This document shows, one piece after another, positions 15,297 through 32,017 of a DNA stretch of 64,000 bases. Within the stretch, counting starts at the first letter, position 1. The number at the start of each line of letters is the position of its first letter. Location: the NCBI GenBank assembly GCA_001179505.1, contig CDMY01000498.1, positions 936-64,935 on the forward strand, written 5' to 3'. The notes beneath the pieces were generated by a model. It did no database searches. It had not been told where the DNA came from and saw only the letters and a program-made list of their open reading frames with translations. This DNA is from Vitrella brassicaformis CCMP3155 (taxonomy: Eukaryota > Protista > Chromerida). A program made the translations under genes and the position numbers.

Positions 15297-17650
15297 ATGT
15301 ACCAGAGGGGCGTCAGCGCCTCAGATCTCGGTTGGCCATTCAGTCGCCTCAAGACCGTGCAAGTGCTCATCCCCGACCGCCCCTCGTGCCGCTCACTCCG
15401 CTCCCCCTGGCTGCTGCTGTGGCTGTCCACTATCGTGGTCTTCTGCTTCGTCCAAGCACTGATGGTCTACCGCTACTCGTGTAGTGGATCTGCAATCGAC
15501 CTCAAACGACGAGTCGTCAACTGCTACCACAGAGCAAGACGTGGCGGCACCAGCCGAGCAGGAACATCAGCAGCAGCTGCGGCTGACGGTGCGGCGGCGA
15601 ACGACGCCATGGCCCCGCTGTATGGGTCGTTCCGAGGTGTCAAGGACCTGACCGAGATCCCCGCCCTCTCCCGTCAGCGGGACAGCGGCACATCATCATC
15701 ATCCCTTTCCCTTCCCCCCTGCCCCCCCGACCTCCCACAGCCCTTCTACCCCCTCCTGTACTCCCCCAACGTGAGCGAGCCGCCACTGCCGCCCCTCCCC
15801 GGCCGCTCCAAGATCAACCGCATGGACGCATCCGACGAGAGGCGGCCACGGCGAGTCACATGGACAGACTACTTCGACTATCGGTATGACTGTGGTGACC
15901 CGAGGCGGCCTCCCGGGCTGGCCAGCCAGCACCCGAGTGTGAGTGGCGGCAGCCTGGGCGGCCTGTCGAGTCCACACGCGTGGCGGTTCTACACGGTGGA
16001 CGAGGAGCACCCCGTGTGGATTCTCGAGTGGGGGCACTCCATTGGCGGCTTTGGGGGCGACAGACAGTTTGGCTGTGACGTGCCCTGCAGGCTGACGCAC
16101 GACAGGTGAGTGATCTACATGACACTGACACACGCAATGGGGATGTGGGGTCACAGTGGGACCATGGACCATGTGTGTGTGTGTGTGTGTATGGCGCAGG
16201 AGTTGGGCGGAGAACGGCAAGGCTGACATAGTGGTGTTTGGTCTTCATCTCGAGAACGAGGTCGAAACCCTCCAAAAGTCGGGCAAGAAGAAACCGCACC
16301 AGGTGGGCCACTCTGCTCTTGCTCTGATCGGGCCTGCACGTGCTGACGGCGTCCGTCACATTTGTGTGCGTGCATCTGTGTGTTACTCCTTCATCAATCA
16401 GTACTATGCGGTGACGTCACTTGAGAGCGACGTCAACTACCCCTCACTCAAGGACAAAAACAACCTCAAGTGAGAGGGGAGGGAGGGCCGCGGAAACACA
16501 CTCACTCAACGTATGTGTCGTTTGTTTGTCTGTCCATCTGATAGGCGCTTCGACCTGAAGACGACGTATCACCTTGACAGCGATGTGCCGAGGATATACT
16601 TCGGGTACCGTGGCTACGACTGGATGCTCCCGCCACGGGCAAAGCGGAAAGACAGACTCGTCAGCTTCGTCGCATCTAACTGCACACCAAAGTGACCCAC
16701 TCACTCACACAAACCCACACCCACACCCCGTGCCATTGCCCACCTGGTGTCTGTCTGTCTGTCTGTGGTGTTTGCTCCTGATGTCATTCATGTCAGGAAC
16801 GGCCGTACGGACTTCGTCATGTCGCTGTCGCGGTACATCTCAGTGCAGTCGTTCGGTCACTGCCTGCGCAACGCCAACCCCAACGACGTGTTGGAGACGC
16901 CCATCCACAACGACCGGTGGCACGAGAAGGTCGTCATGCTACAGCACTTCAAGTTCAACGTCGCATTCGAAAACTCTGACACACCCGACTACGTCACAGA
17001 GAAGTTCGGCCAGGTTAGGTTTGTGGTGTTGAGGCAGCTGGAGAGAGGGGAGGTGCACCGTGGAAATCAATGGTCCTGTGTGTGTGCATCAGGCTCTGGT
17101 GGCTGGTACGGTGCCGATTGTCAAGAGCCGTGCGAACAACTACGAGACGTTTGCGCCTCACCCGCACTCATACATCGTGGCCGATGACTTTGAGTCACCG
17201 AAGGTGAAACAAACATACAGTCAGGAAAAAAGTCCCCTACCTACCTATCGTCCATGATATGATATGATATGATCACCGCGTTCCATGTCTCTCTCCATGC
17301 ATGCCGTGCAGGCCTTGGCCGAGTATTTGTTGTACCTGAACGATCACGACGAGGAATACGACAAGTATCTCGAGTGGAAGAGGGTAGGTCCAGCACGCCC
17401 CGCCACGCCACGCCACGCCAAGCCAAGTCACCTCATCCCTCTCGCTCACTTAGTCAGTCAACTGTACTTCCTGTACGTTGCCTTTGTGGGTGGTGTCATG
17501 TAGGTTGGCCCAAGCGAGTCGTTCCGTCGTCTGCTGGAGCTCAACATCCCCGACAGCTCCTGTCACCTGTGCAGATTCGCGGCCCTTGCACGGGACATAG
17601 ACGCGGGGTACGTCAACACTGACGCCATACCGCCAGGCCAGACCAGCTAG
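15297..17650 (+). CDS. Alpha-1,3-fucosyltransferase (GT10), type II membrane protein
   Basis: N-terminal TM (PWLLLWLSTIVVFCFVQALMV); CDVPCRLTHDR; VSFVASNC; SFGHCL; the GT10 motif FKFNVAFENSDTPDYVTEKF-ALVAGTVPI; ALAEYLLYL...Y..YLEWK; TAG at 17648-17650. Confidence 0.88.
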
Positions 17651-18435
17651 CACCACGGGGGAGGGGAGGGGTGAGCGGATGGGAGGGGTCCGGCGCGCTG
17701 CCGGTGTGCTGTTTCCACACACGCCTTGGTGATCGTCGAGGCGAATTTTGCCCGGATGCATCGCATGGGCAGGCACAATGCTGCCTGCCTGCCTGCCTGA
17801 TCGGGCCATGTCTGTCCCTGTGTGTGACCTAGCTGTAGACAATGATCGATGGCTGTCTGTCTGGTTATCGATTCACTAGTGATTGGATGGAAAGTAGTTT
17901 AGAGTGTGCCGACAGACAGAGAGAGAGAGAGAGAGATGAGGGGTGAGTGGAGTCGCTCACTCGGCTTTCGATAATAATGATAATGCTCCAGCTGTGGATA
18001 GACAGGACAGGTAAGGTAAGGTAGGCCGTAGAGACCTTGTTTGTGCATATCCATACACACGCACAACACAGGGAGGGAGCTAGAGCTGGCCGAGCCGATC
18101 GCCTGTGTGTACAGACAGACACGGTGTGTCCGTGCCGTGCGTGATTTCGACCCTCCATGCCTTCTCACTCATTGGCTGCTTCTCAGGTCAATCTGATGGC
18201 ATCTTCAAGCAAGATTCATGGCATGAATGAATTGTCTGTCACGTCACAAGGCAGCCCAAAAATGGCACTGTCTGTCTGTCTGACGGTCGACACGATGGAT
18301 GCACCTTCGTTGACCACAACGAGGGGCCGGGCAGCCGGAGGTTTACATACACACACACACACAGAGAGAGAGAAAGAGAGCGCCACGAGCAATGCAATCC
18401 ACACACACCAACCATAAAATAGCTACATACACAAG

Positions 18436-21231
<2,796 letters not shown>

Positions 21232-21383
21232 GAAACCGCTGATGGTCGGAGCGTGCTTGAGATCGGAAGCTGCCTCGTGACTGCAACGACAGAACCGCAA
21301 CGGAATCAGCTACAGAAAAAAACCGCCGCTGCTGGGATGCAGGCGCCAGATTCCCCTATTCTCGCATCAGTTGTAGAGAGAAG

Positions 21384-22725
21384 ATGAGTGATTCATGGTC
21401 TAACTCAGCATCCCGTACCTTTCGCGAGATGGCGGCAGCGTCCATGGCCATGTGCAGCGTGTCAGTGGCCCTCAACCCCTTCGATGTCCTCAAGGTCAAG
21501 ATGCAGACGCAGCATCAGAGCCTCAACGTCACGCTGCAGCAGATGGGCGGCACGGGCGGAACTTCAGGCGTCTCCAGCATGCCCAAATACAGTGGATTCA
21601 TTGACGCTGTCAGGAAGATTTCGGCCGAGGAGGGCACTGTGAGAGGACTTGTGGCGCCAGGTTGGCACATATTCACTCGTCTTGACGTTTTTCAGTCCGG
21701 CTGTGGCGTGCTGTCGTGTGGTGTGTGCGATGGATGTTTCCTTCAGGGCTTTACGCGTCTGCACTGAGGGATGTGCTGAATGGCGCCTTTAGGATAGGGC
21801 TTTACCCGACTGTCAAGCAGATGGTGCACCGGGGGTGGCAGCAGACGACAGGCGGCGAGGCGACAGACGGCCTGGGAATCAGGATCACGGCCAGCCTGCT
21901 CACAGGTACTTACATCAAAAGACAACCGATCTGATCTGGACACACACATTCGGATGTGTTCCATGCCGTGGCCATGCAGGATGTCTTGGCGCGGCAGTGG
22001 CCAACCCGACTGACATCGTCAAGGTCCGACTACAGGCCCAGATCGCCTCAGCGCCATCCGACCACCAATACACATCGACGCGTGAGGCCTTCACGAGGAT
22101 ACTGAGAGAAGAGGGACTCATCGACGGATGGTATGGTTGGTGAGAGCACAGCGAGCGATGCGAAGCGATCCCTCAGGTGTGTGTGTGTGCGTCGTGTCAT
22201 CCATTGGTCCATCAATCAGGTATCGCGGGACACTTCCCTCGGCTTTGCGTGCTGGCGTTGTCACGTCCGCCCAAATCGTGTCTTACGAGTACTCGAAAGA
22301 GCTCCTCCGCGACGGTCCCCTGTTCAGAGCGGCCGAGAGCGGCAAGGAGAGCACGCAGTTGCACATCACATGCAGCGTCATCTCGGGGCTGTCTGCGGCG
22401 GTGCTGTCCTCGCCAATTGATATGGTTAAGTCGAGGATTATGAATGACACGGCCGCCAGCACGGCGGTCAACTACCACTACAGTGGGGTTATTGGGTGCT
22501 TTGTCAAGATCTGCCGATATGAGGGCGCAACGGCCCTGTTTAGAGGGTTCTTGGGCAACTATCTGAGGCTGGGTGAGCATGCAAAGGGAGCGACCGGGTA
22601 GCGATGTGGCCGCATGGCGTCGTGTGTATGAATGTGTGTGTGTGTTGTGGTCAGGTCCTCATTTTCTGTTGTCGTGGCCGTTGCTGGAGCAGTGCAGATT
22701 GATGATGGGGCTTGGACACTTCTGA
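21384..22725 (+). CDS. Mitochondrial carrier (SLC25; UCP/dicarboxylate-oxoglutarate carrier-like)
   Basis: Three PxD/ExxKxK/R signatures (NPFDVLKVKMQ, NPTDIVKVRLQ, SPIDMVKSRIM); RIGLY; RAGVVTSAQIVSYE; RLGPH; TGA at 22723-22725. Confidence 0.92.
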
Positions 22726-23004
22726 GCGATGTGTATATGGTGTGCTGGTGGCGTGTGGCGCTTTTTTGTCGCGTGTTGATTTTGTCGTCATCTGTAGATA
22801 GGACACACGAGCAGGCTACACGATCGTGTCTGCGATTGATGCATTCCATCATCATCTGGCATATGGAAGATCCGGACTTCCTGCAGTGTGTGGTCCTTCG
22901 GGAATCATTCCTGGCCGAAACCCTAGACCCATCATACCCTTGACCCAAGCTTCCTTGCCTTGCCGCTTCACTTTTGGTCAGATCTGTCTGCTCTCCTCTG
23001 CCAA

Positions 23005-25497
23005 ATGAAGTCAGGATCTGTGAATGCAACGATTGACGAAGAGTCGCAGGAAGCCAGGCCTTTGAGCGGCAAAGATGGCTTCGTGCCGGGCATTGCTGAG
23101 GCGCTGTCCCCTCTCGGCGCCGTCTCGACGCTGCTGGTGGCCATGATAGGCACCGGTGTGGTGGCCATGCCATTCATCTTTCTCCTTTGCGGCATCACTT
23201 TGGGCGTGATCGGCCTCGCTGCGATGGCGTGGCTGGCGCAGCTGGCGATGGTCTGCATCATCAGGAGCGTGCAGATCTCGCGATGCGTGTCATACGAAGA
23301 TCTGGGAGAGAGGGCCTTCGGGATGGTGAGTCAGTCAATGGCATGGCAAGACTGAACTGATCGACTCGTCGTTGATTCATTGCTTGCATCTATCTATCTG
23401 TGTGTGTGTTGTGTCAGTGGTTCAGCCGGATAACTGACCTGTCGCTCATTGGGTTGCTGCTGGGCTCGACCGCTGCATACATCATCATTGGTAGGTTAGC
23501 TGACCACACACATATACACACGCAGAGAGAGAGAGTGTGTGCAGTTGAACGGCTCTCGCGTGGTCTGCGTGTGTGTGTGTGTGTGTGTTCATTCAGCGAC
23601 GAACATCCTGAGTGTGAGTCTGCCCGACAGTCTGTCGGTGCCGCGTCCGACCCTGTTTGCCCTCGTGGCCCTGGCCATGTTCCCCGTCTGCCTCGCCAGG
23701 ACCTACGACGGGCTCGCTGCCATCAACACTTTCTGCTTCACGTGAGCGGACAGGACACCCATACATACAGTCAGTACATGGGCGACTGACTGACTTGTGC
23801 GTACCGTGTGTACGCCCATCTATCTCATCTGTGTGCTGTGCCAGGTCGTTTGTGGTGATATCAGTGATATGCACGGTCAAGAGTGTGTTGGTGAGGGAGC
23901 ACATACAGGTCGACGAGACCACCCAGAGGATATCGCCCATCATCGGGCTCATTCTCTCGCTCCCAATGACGAGTGAGTGAGCTCAGAATGGCGTGCAGTT
24001 GGCCACGGTGGAGCCGAGCCGAGCCGAGCAGTCATTCGCCTCCCTCTGTCTGTGTGTGCCTGTCCTGACAGGCACTTACATGAATGGCCACATGAATGTG
24101 CCCCAGGTATATGCTGAGCTGCGGCCGCAATGGAAGAGGCGGGCAATACCACTGGGCACAGGTATGTATGGTTTGCATGGACGCCACACCCATGCAATGC
24201 AAACACACAACACACGTATGCCTGCAGCTCAGCTTTGTGTTGTTCTGTTCTCTTTGCCACCCACGTGTGCTGTGCGTCATTACAGCGGTGTGTGTGATAG
24301 CCTTCGCCTTTTACGTCTTTGCCGGTACGTACCGTACCACACGAGAGCGGCCCGCTCGTCCACCCGGATGAATACATCACATCCCACCCACTGCTGTGCT
24401 GTGCTCTCTCTCTGTGTGCTGTGTGTAGGGATGGTTCCATATCTTGTGTTCCACGCCAGCACCGAGACAGACATCCTCACACAACTTGTCAACACATTCA
24501 TGGCTGTACACTCGGTCGGTCGGCCGGCCGGCAACAACCAACACAACACAAGAGACAACCAGACCAGACGCACACACATTCACTCACGTCTGCCGGTCAT
24601 CACGTGGGCGTATGTCTGTCTGTCTGTCTGTGTGCATGTGATGTGTACAGGCGCGTGATCCCCATCTGTCCCTTGCCCAGGTGCTGCTGGGCTTGTGCAT
24701 CGTTCTCAAGACACCCGTCATACAATTCCCCCTCAGGTCAGTCAGGTCACATCACATCATCAAATCACCTTCCTTCCCCCTGTATGTACTCACTGGTGCG
24801 GTGCGGTGCGGCTGTCCGTATAGGTCTCTGGTGTTGGGTCGGTTTCAACCGGACGCCAAGCTGGCGACGCTGCCCATGCCTCAGAACCTCCTGCTCACCG
24901 CCGTATGCATCGCAGCCGCATACCTGTTAGGTACGTAACGTACGGACACACACACACACACGCGGGAGGAGACAACGACGCATACCATCTATCTATCTAA
25001 GTGCCTGTGTTGTGTTTGTTGATTCGTTCTAACGTTGAATCATTCAGCTGTTGCGTTGCCGAGGCTGGACTTGGTGATTCAGATCGTGGGTGCCACCTCT
25101 GGTGTGTTCCTCGTGTACATATGCCCGGGCGCATTCACTCTAGGGGTACGCAGGCAAAGCAAAGCACTTACAGCACACGTCAGTCAGCCAGTCCGTCGAT
25201 CAGAGAGGAGAGCAAGTGTTTGTGTTAAATCTGTCTGTGTTGTACGGTGTGTACGCAGATAGAGAGACGGAAGGCGGCTGATGTGTGGGTGGCCGTGCGG
25301 GGATGGACGCTCGTCGTCTCAGGTGCGTACGAGCTGAATGACAGACACATGTGCTGTGCATGACCGCGTGGATCTCTCCCTCCCTCCCTGGCTGTGTTGT
25401 GTTGTGCTGCATTCGTTGTGCGCTTTCCACACCAACAGGTCTGTGTATCTCCGTGACGGCCTTGTGTGCTGTGATCGTCAATGAAGTGTTCAGCTGA
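23005..25497 (+). CDS. Amino acid transporter (AAAP/SLC38-like)
   Basis: MIGTGVVAMP; SYEDLGERAFG; GHMNVPQVYAEL; PVIQFPLR; QIVGATSG...YICPG; many hydrophobic TM exons. The internal exon boundaries are partly uncertain. Confidence 0.85.
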
Positions 25498-25960
25498 TAG
25501 ATACATACCTGAATGGATGGATGGATGGATGGATGATGAATGAATGGCGCGGCGCCAGCACTGGGGCAGCCTCGTCTGTATGTGTGAGTGTGCATGTCCG
25601 TGCTAAGAGAAGGTCAACCGATAGATCAAAGGGCCTGCATGCCTACTGTCGCACGTGTTCGTTCGTGTGTTAGTCAATGAGTCAGTGTGCGTGGCATGGC
25701 ACGGATGGGGGAGCTCAAAGGAAGGAGCTCGATTCGATGAAGGGACACGACAGTAGCTAGCTAGCCAACGTTGCGACGCCTTCACTCAATAAATAAATCA
25801 TATACATGGCATGGGAGAAGATTGGACGCAGGTATGGTATGCATGACCGGCATGTCTCCTGTCCCTCCCGATCTCAAATAACATAACGGTCCTCGCGTAC
25901 GTACCCCTCCCTCTCAGTCAGAATCCAGTCCATCCATCCATCCACCCCTCCCTCTTCCCC

Positions 25961-27625
25961 TCAGCCATATAAGGACACTAGCATCCTGCAGCGCTCCTTC
26001 CGTCGGTCATGGTAGGACACCTTGAAGGCCGATCTGTAATGGCAATTGGCGGCGTCAAACTTGACCGTCTGGTCGGACATGGCCAAGTCCTTGATGGGGT
26101 CCGTGTCTCCGGGGCAGGGGTAGGCGCCATCGGCCCTCTGGCAGAGGCGGTAGATGGCCGAATCCTGGATGGCCTGGTTGACACGGGCCCGTGCTACCTC
26201 CGTGATGAAACCTTTGTTCTGTAGAACGTGAGCCAGCTGCTTTATGCTGGCACGTGTGTGGTGGCGGGGAGACACACACACACACACACACCCCGAGAGA
26301 CATAGATGGGGTGCGTTAGTTACGTCGGTGCTGTTGGTATCATTGATTCTCACTCAAATGGTGTAGAAGATGAACTTTTCCCGCTGTCTCTGGCTGAGGC
26401 CCTTGTTGAGCAGGTCCTTCTTGCTGAACTTGTTGGACTCGAGGTTGTGGATGAGCACGTATGCAGGCTCCTCCCCTCCACTCCTCATCAGCTTGACTCC
26501 GGTCAGAAAGTCACCCTGGCCACTGTCTCCTATCCAAATGTAGCCTGTGGCCACACAACAGTCAGAGACACGCCATCGGTGTGTGTCTGCCCCTCATAAA
26601 TCTGTGTGTGTGACAAGGCAGGCAGTTAGGCGCCACTCGCGCCACCCACCTTTGGCGCCATCAGCCACATCAGTGTAGTGGCCTCCGTCCTTAGTCAAGC
26701 TGCTGATGATGTTCTGTGTCTTCGTCTCCGCCGTCTTTTCCCAATCGGGGCTGATGAAATCCGTAGCCCAGCCGAACCCGGACCGCTCCTCATCAACGCC
26801 CCAAATGACGCCGTTGAGCACCCCGGTTGCGTTGGACAGCTTGTTCCAGGATTTCTTCTCTAAGTTCTGCACAGTCACAGACAGACAGACAGACAGACAA
26901 GGATTCCGATGCATGCACGTTTTGATGGTCCTGATGCTACTGCGCCTACCTTGGGGTCCCCAACGGTGAATTTTGGCCGTGCCGATACCAGACGGAAGAA
27001 GGGAGGGTGCGCGACGAAGTCGGGGCCGGCGGAGAGCTCGAGGTACAGCTGCATCAGGCCTGGGTACACCTGCACGCATACACGCACAGGCAGGCGATGG
27101 ATGGGTCAGTTGGCACCATCTTGCCTTCCCACCTCATCGGTGTAGCACAAATCGTCTGACACTCCCAGCGGCCGGCCGAACGCACCCAAACACACAAAGA
27201 GAGGGAGAGAAGAGAATTCCATGCAAAGCCATGTGGGTTACTGCCTTGTCTGTCTGCGATGGGGAATCACACACACCACACCTGTGCCTTTGGGCCAGGA
27301 ACTTCCGCTGCCTGCACACACACCGCACAGTCCTCATGGCATTGCATGTATGCATTGGTCAAGCTAGCTGATGTATGGTCTTGTCCATCCCTCCGCGCGC
27401 ATACGTACAGATGATGGTGTCGTCAATGTCGCTGAACAGGAGATACCCTTTTCTCGTCGGCTCAAGGCGCTCCCGCGCATCATGCCAAACCCCGGGCTCA
27501 TCGGATTCCCCCGCTTGTTCCCCCGTCTCCAAGACAGGCTGTCTCGCCCAACGCCCTTTACACACAGAAGGGACCGTTGCGAATGCGACAAGGGTGGAGA
27601 TCGGAACAACAAGTGGAATTGGCAT
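25961..27625 (-). CDS. App1-like HAD phosphatase (phosphatidate phosphatase-like) with a putative signal peptide
   Basis: Hydrophobic leader MPIPLVVPISTLVAFATVPSVC; FSDIDDTII (DxDxT); VYPGL; VSARP; IGDSGQGD motif as in App1 catalytic domains. Confidence 0.65.
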
Positions 27626-27670
27626 TGCCTCGATATCTAGTAGCCCCACGGGACGTTACGGAGACGCCGC

Positions 27671-30600
27671 ATGGCCGGGCCCCCCAAGCCCCCATCCGAT
27701 TCTCGACTCTCACCCCTTTTCCCCACCCCTATGGGCACTGCTGTTGGAAGAAGCCGCAGCCCCGAGCAGCCGTTCCTTCCCACGCTATCATGCTGCGACC
27801 TGTCCGTTGGGCCGCCTCACTGTCTTCCTCATTGCACCTTTGCATATTTGGAGGTTTCAGATCATGGCAGCCGTGCCTTCCGCTTGCACTCACTCCCCCC
27901 ATCCAAGGGCGTCACCATCCTTCTCTCTCCTCTGTCAGGACTCAAACTCGGCCTCTTCGTCAAACACCGTCATGATGGGACGATTCGGTGCTTCCGCGAG
28001 ATCATCCTCCCATCTGCAAAGCTCCTGACGATGCTGGTGCGCACTGGGCAATGAACGCCTCTGTTACACGCGATATTCCTCTCTCCACTGCCGTTTCCTG
28101 TCTGTCGCAGCTGCAGGAACCGGTTGGAGCTTGTGCAGTGTTTGTCGGCCTGCTTCCTCCCAGGGACACCGAGAGCACTCCCGGGGCGCTGCGGCTATCA
28201 GACCAGCCGTTTACCTCAGCTTCCATCTTCCATTTGGGCAGTGCAGATGTGGAGGAGCTGGACAGAGATGGTGCCGAGTGGAGGACCAAGGCCAGAGGCA
28301 TCGATAAGTGGCTGCCTGAGCGGCTGCCTGAGGACACACTCGAGTTGGCGGAAAGGTGTTGGGCCGAGTGTGTGGAGGCTGCAGCCAAGCCTGACGCCGT
28401 CAAAATGCTCCTCCTACTCAGGTAAGAGAAAAACGGGAACACATCTATCTAGCCTTTCTAGTGTCTCTTATTTCTTACCGTGCTGTCGGCGTGTATGGCG
28501 TGGGCGCACTTCTCAATGGCCGACCCATACCAGGAGCTTGCACTGGTAGCTACGGGTCACTGACCATACGCATGAATGGGTGGCTGGGTTGGGTGTCTGC
28601 CAGGGAGGGATGAAGGCATTCTTTGCTTCCTTGTGGCTGTCTCGCCGACAGTCTCGGTCGGCCAAAAGGATCTCTCCATCTGTGTTGCCGCCATTGCTGC
28701 CCGGTGGGGACGACGAGCAGGCTACAGCAAGCACAAGAAAGCGCCGTTGAAATCATCCATGTCTCTTTCAGATATGTACAGCCACCCATCCCTCTCTTCT
28801 TCTTCTTCTTCTTCCTCCTCTTCTCGGGGATCTGCTCTGGCCGCTTCTGTGGCTAACCAAGACCCGGCAGACATCAAGGAGACGCTGCCACCTAAACAAA
28901 GGGAGACTCCCGTCATTACGACGACCGGAAAGCCAGCGCTGCAGATGAAGTCAGAGCACCGCCGTGCAGCTGCATCCACAGACGGCAAGTCCAAGATTAC
29001 CAGTTTTCCAAGAGCTCACTCAGGACCTCAGGACCCTTTGCCGTCAAGAATGATCGGTAGCGGGCTGTCGCGTGCGAGAGGGCCCCCTGAGACACCGCCA
29101 CGGACCGGACCGGCGTACGAGACATCGCTGAGGATTCCGCTGCCGATTCGTCGGGTAACAAGCCCGACAGGGGCCAAGGAGGGCATGCGGGGCAAAACAG
29201 CCATGGTGCTGCCGTCAAGACCGTCCGCCGGAGTGACCCGTGCCACTACTGGACCGCTGCATGGCAATCCTGCATCGACGGCCAGCTCGTCCACGGGCCC
29301 ACAAGGAAAAACGGCCAGCGGGGCTGAAGCGAGCCGCTTGGTGTGCCTGCCGTCGGAAGGCTTTGAGTGTGAAGAGCGGCAAGTGGAGGCAGCGCAAGCT
29401 GGGTCGGCGAACAAGGGTGAGCGCGGCATGGGGGAAGTAGAAACCGAGAGATCAACCGCAAGGCCACGATGCCCTTGTCTGTCCAGCACTGCCTGATATG
29501 CAGCCATCAGGTGAAGAGCTCATCACATTGAGTGACGACGAACGGCCAGACAAGCAAAGCAGTACAAGGGGAGAAGAGGCCGCCGCAAAGCCGGCCAGGT
29601 CTGTGGGAGGGGCTGAGACAGATGCAGCCATAGCTCTGGTGAACAGCCTGGTGCAAGAGTGCGAGAGGGTGCGAGCAACCGCTCCTACCGAGGACACATT
29701 GGCGCGGCTGATCCGCCAGCAAGATGACAACACAGAGGCCTTGCGGCTGCTGCATCAGGACCTACGCAAGCTGATGGAAAGCACAGGTGAGAGGAGGGAA
29801 GGGCCACACGCTGGTGTGGATGAGACATTCGTGGATGGCCAAGGAATAATGGCTGGTGAAGGTCTCCATGGTAAGAGAAGGGAAAGAGGGAAGAGTTAAC
29901 ACACTGGACTTTCCATTCCCTGTGTGTCTTACAGAGATGGAAAGCGCTGTCCCCATTGCCGAGGTCGCGCCTTTGGAGCAGCGAGCTGCCGCGGCTTGCG
30001 AGCCTCCCGCAGCCCCAGAAGGCCTCGTTTTGCACGCATCTGCTCAGCCCAATCAGAAAGCCATTGCATCCTCCGTGTACGTGACGCCACAACGAGAAGC
30101 AGCAGCGGCAGCGTCCCCATCTCTCCCCCGTGTTGCGGTGACCCCGATCTGGAGCAGCGACAGCCCGCGATCAGCCATAATCGTCCCTGCCCCTGATGCT
30201 GATATCAGCAGCGACTCGGACGCCGACGGGCAAGAGAGCGACCATGAGGCGCCGCAGGACAAGGAGCCGGGAGTGACCGAGACAGAGTCCCCTCCCTCTC
30301 CGACCTTCCGAGACCAACACTACGAGGTGCAAGCGGAGGAGACACGGCCCCGTGCGCGGATCTACAGCACTATTTCCGAGCCCACTGGGATGGCTGCTCT
30401 CGCACGGTCATTTGGGGGCTTACAAGGACCGTCCTGCTCGTCACTCGATGTCCGCCGCCGTCACTGTGCCGCCGCGACCGACGGTCGTCACTGTTCCAGT
30501 CACACCCCCCTTCCCCATTTGGCCTCATGTGCCCGACAGCAGAGGCAGCCACGTAGCTTTGGGCGACCGAGCGGCCAACCCCCTACAGTTTCCGATACTC

Positions 30601-31896
30601 CCCTCTATACGCCCGCCTCCTTTGGCCCCTGCCCCTGCCCCTGCCCCTCCGCCGCCTGTTCCCTTGCCCGTCTTTGAGAGACGCCTGTCTATGTCACCAG
30701 TCATATTTGGAGGCCTTCTTCAGCCATCCAGTTGGTCCTCTCGCGTCCCCAGTTCCGCCGCCCCGGCGATGTCAGGGTCACCATCACATGTTGTATCTGG
30801 CGTGGCCACGGCTGCACCCGCATCCCACTATCCCTTGCCTACTCGGCTTTCGTTGCCCTTGCCCTACCACGTGGTGCCGAGGCGGAAGCTTGGATCGCTG
30901 AGGGATCTTCCCGGCTTGCGCTGGACGGCCTCAGTGCCTCACAGCCCCGTCACTGTGGCGAATCACATGGCGCCTTATGGAAGTGTCTCGTCACCAGTGA
31001 CACCTCCATCTGCGCATTCCTCGATGAAGCCCTCGCCAGCAACACCTCACTTCGACGCAAGTCAGCGAGCAGTGTCCCCTCTGCGGCAGCGGTCAAGTGC
31101 TGAGACACAGAAAGACAGCCCACGACAACCGGCGAGAGCAGCAGGCCCCTTGCCACTCAGCAGAGCGGTCTTCTCTAGGCGAGACAACACTGCGCAGCCA
31201 GGGAGGAAGGACTCTCGTGGCCCGCGCAGGCCGTCGGTGTCGAGGGAGAGGGAGACACGAAGCACTTCACGTCCGACGAGTCCCCTACACAAGGCAAGAG
31301 CCATTCGTCCTCGCAGCCAATCGGTGGAGCCGCAGCGGACACGAATCAATCAGCCAGCGGCAGGACGCAGCCCGGCGAGAGACACACGGGCCTCATCATT
31401 CCGTCAAAGCAAGACACTGTCGAGCGACGTGCTGCCCACCCGTCAGCACAAGAATCCGACTGCCCCTGTCAGTCAGCATCGCGGCCCATCAACCAAACGC
31501 CGACGCCCATCAGATGTGAAGAGCGGTCCCCCATCTGCCAAACAGCAGCCAGCCAGGATACAGAACAGACAGCGGAGACGCTCGAGTGCGGTGGAGGAGC
31601 CAGGGTTCCTCTTTCCGCTGCACACTACTCGGTCGGGTGTGAGCAAGGCGCCTCCCGTGCCAAACAACACCCCCAAGAGGATGAGACACGACCAGCATGA
31701 TCCGGCAGTGAAGATTAACCTGGCTGCTCCTGTGAGGCAGACCTTGCCGATCCCGTCACTGTCTCCTGCCTACATGAGCAAGATGGTACCGCTGCCCGTA
31801 GCTGTGTCGCCACACCCGTCCTATCTGCCAGTGCATCATCAGTATATGAGGCCTCCCGCATGGGGGCATGGCGCGGCGCTCGCCTCTCTTCGGTAG
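27671..31896 (+). CDS. Large hypothetical protein, mostly Pro/Ser/Arg-rich low complexity, with a short coiled coil
   Basis: Long ORFs join in phase via GT-AG introns (e.g. 29417-29510, about 29789-29934, possibly 30327-30426). No recognisable domain; the 5' structure is uncertain. Confidence 0.5.
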
Positions 31897-32017
31897 ATGC
31901 GCGTGTGTGTGAGGTGTGGTAGCGGGGTGGTTTTGATATCGAAGAGACAGCGTAGTCCCTAGTGTTAATGGTAGTGGCATGTCTGGACTGGTCGGGTAGC
32001 TACAATGTCGCATGTCA

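Noticed and set aside
28380-28720. Resemblance of MLLLLR..LCFLVAVSP..ICVAAIAAR to the end of a kinesin motor
   Set aside because: No P-loop or switch motifs (GxxxxGKT, SSRSH, DLAGSE) are found upstream, so the similarity is too weak.
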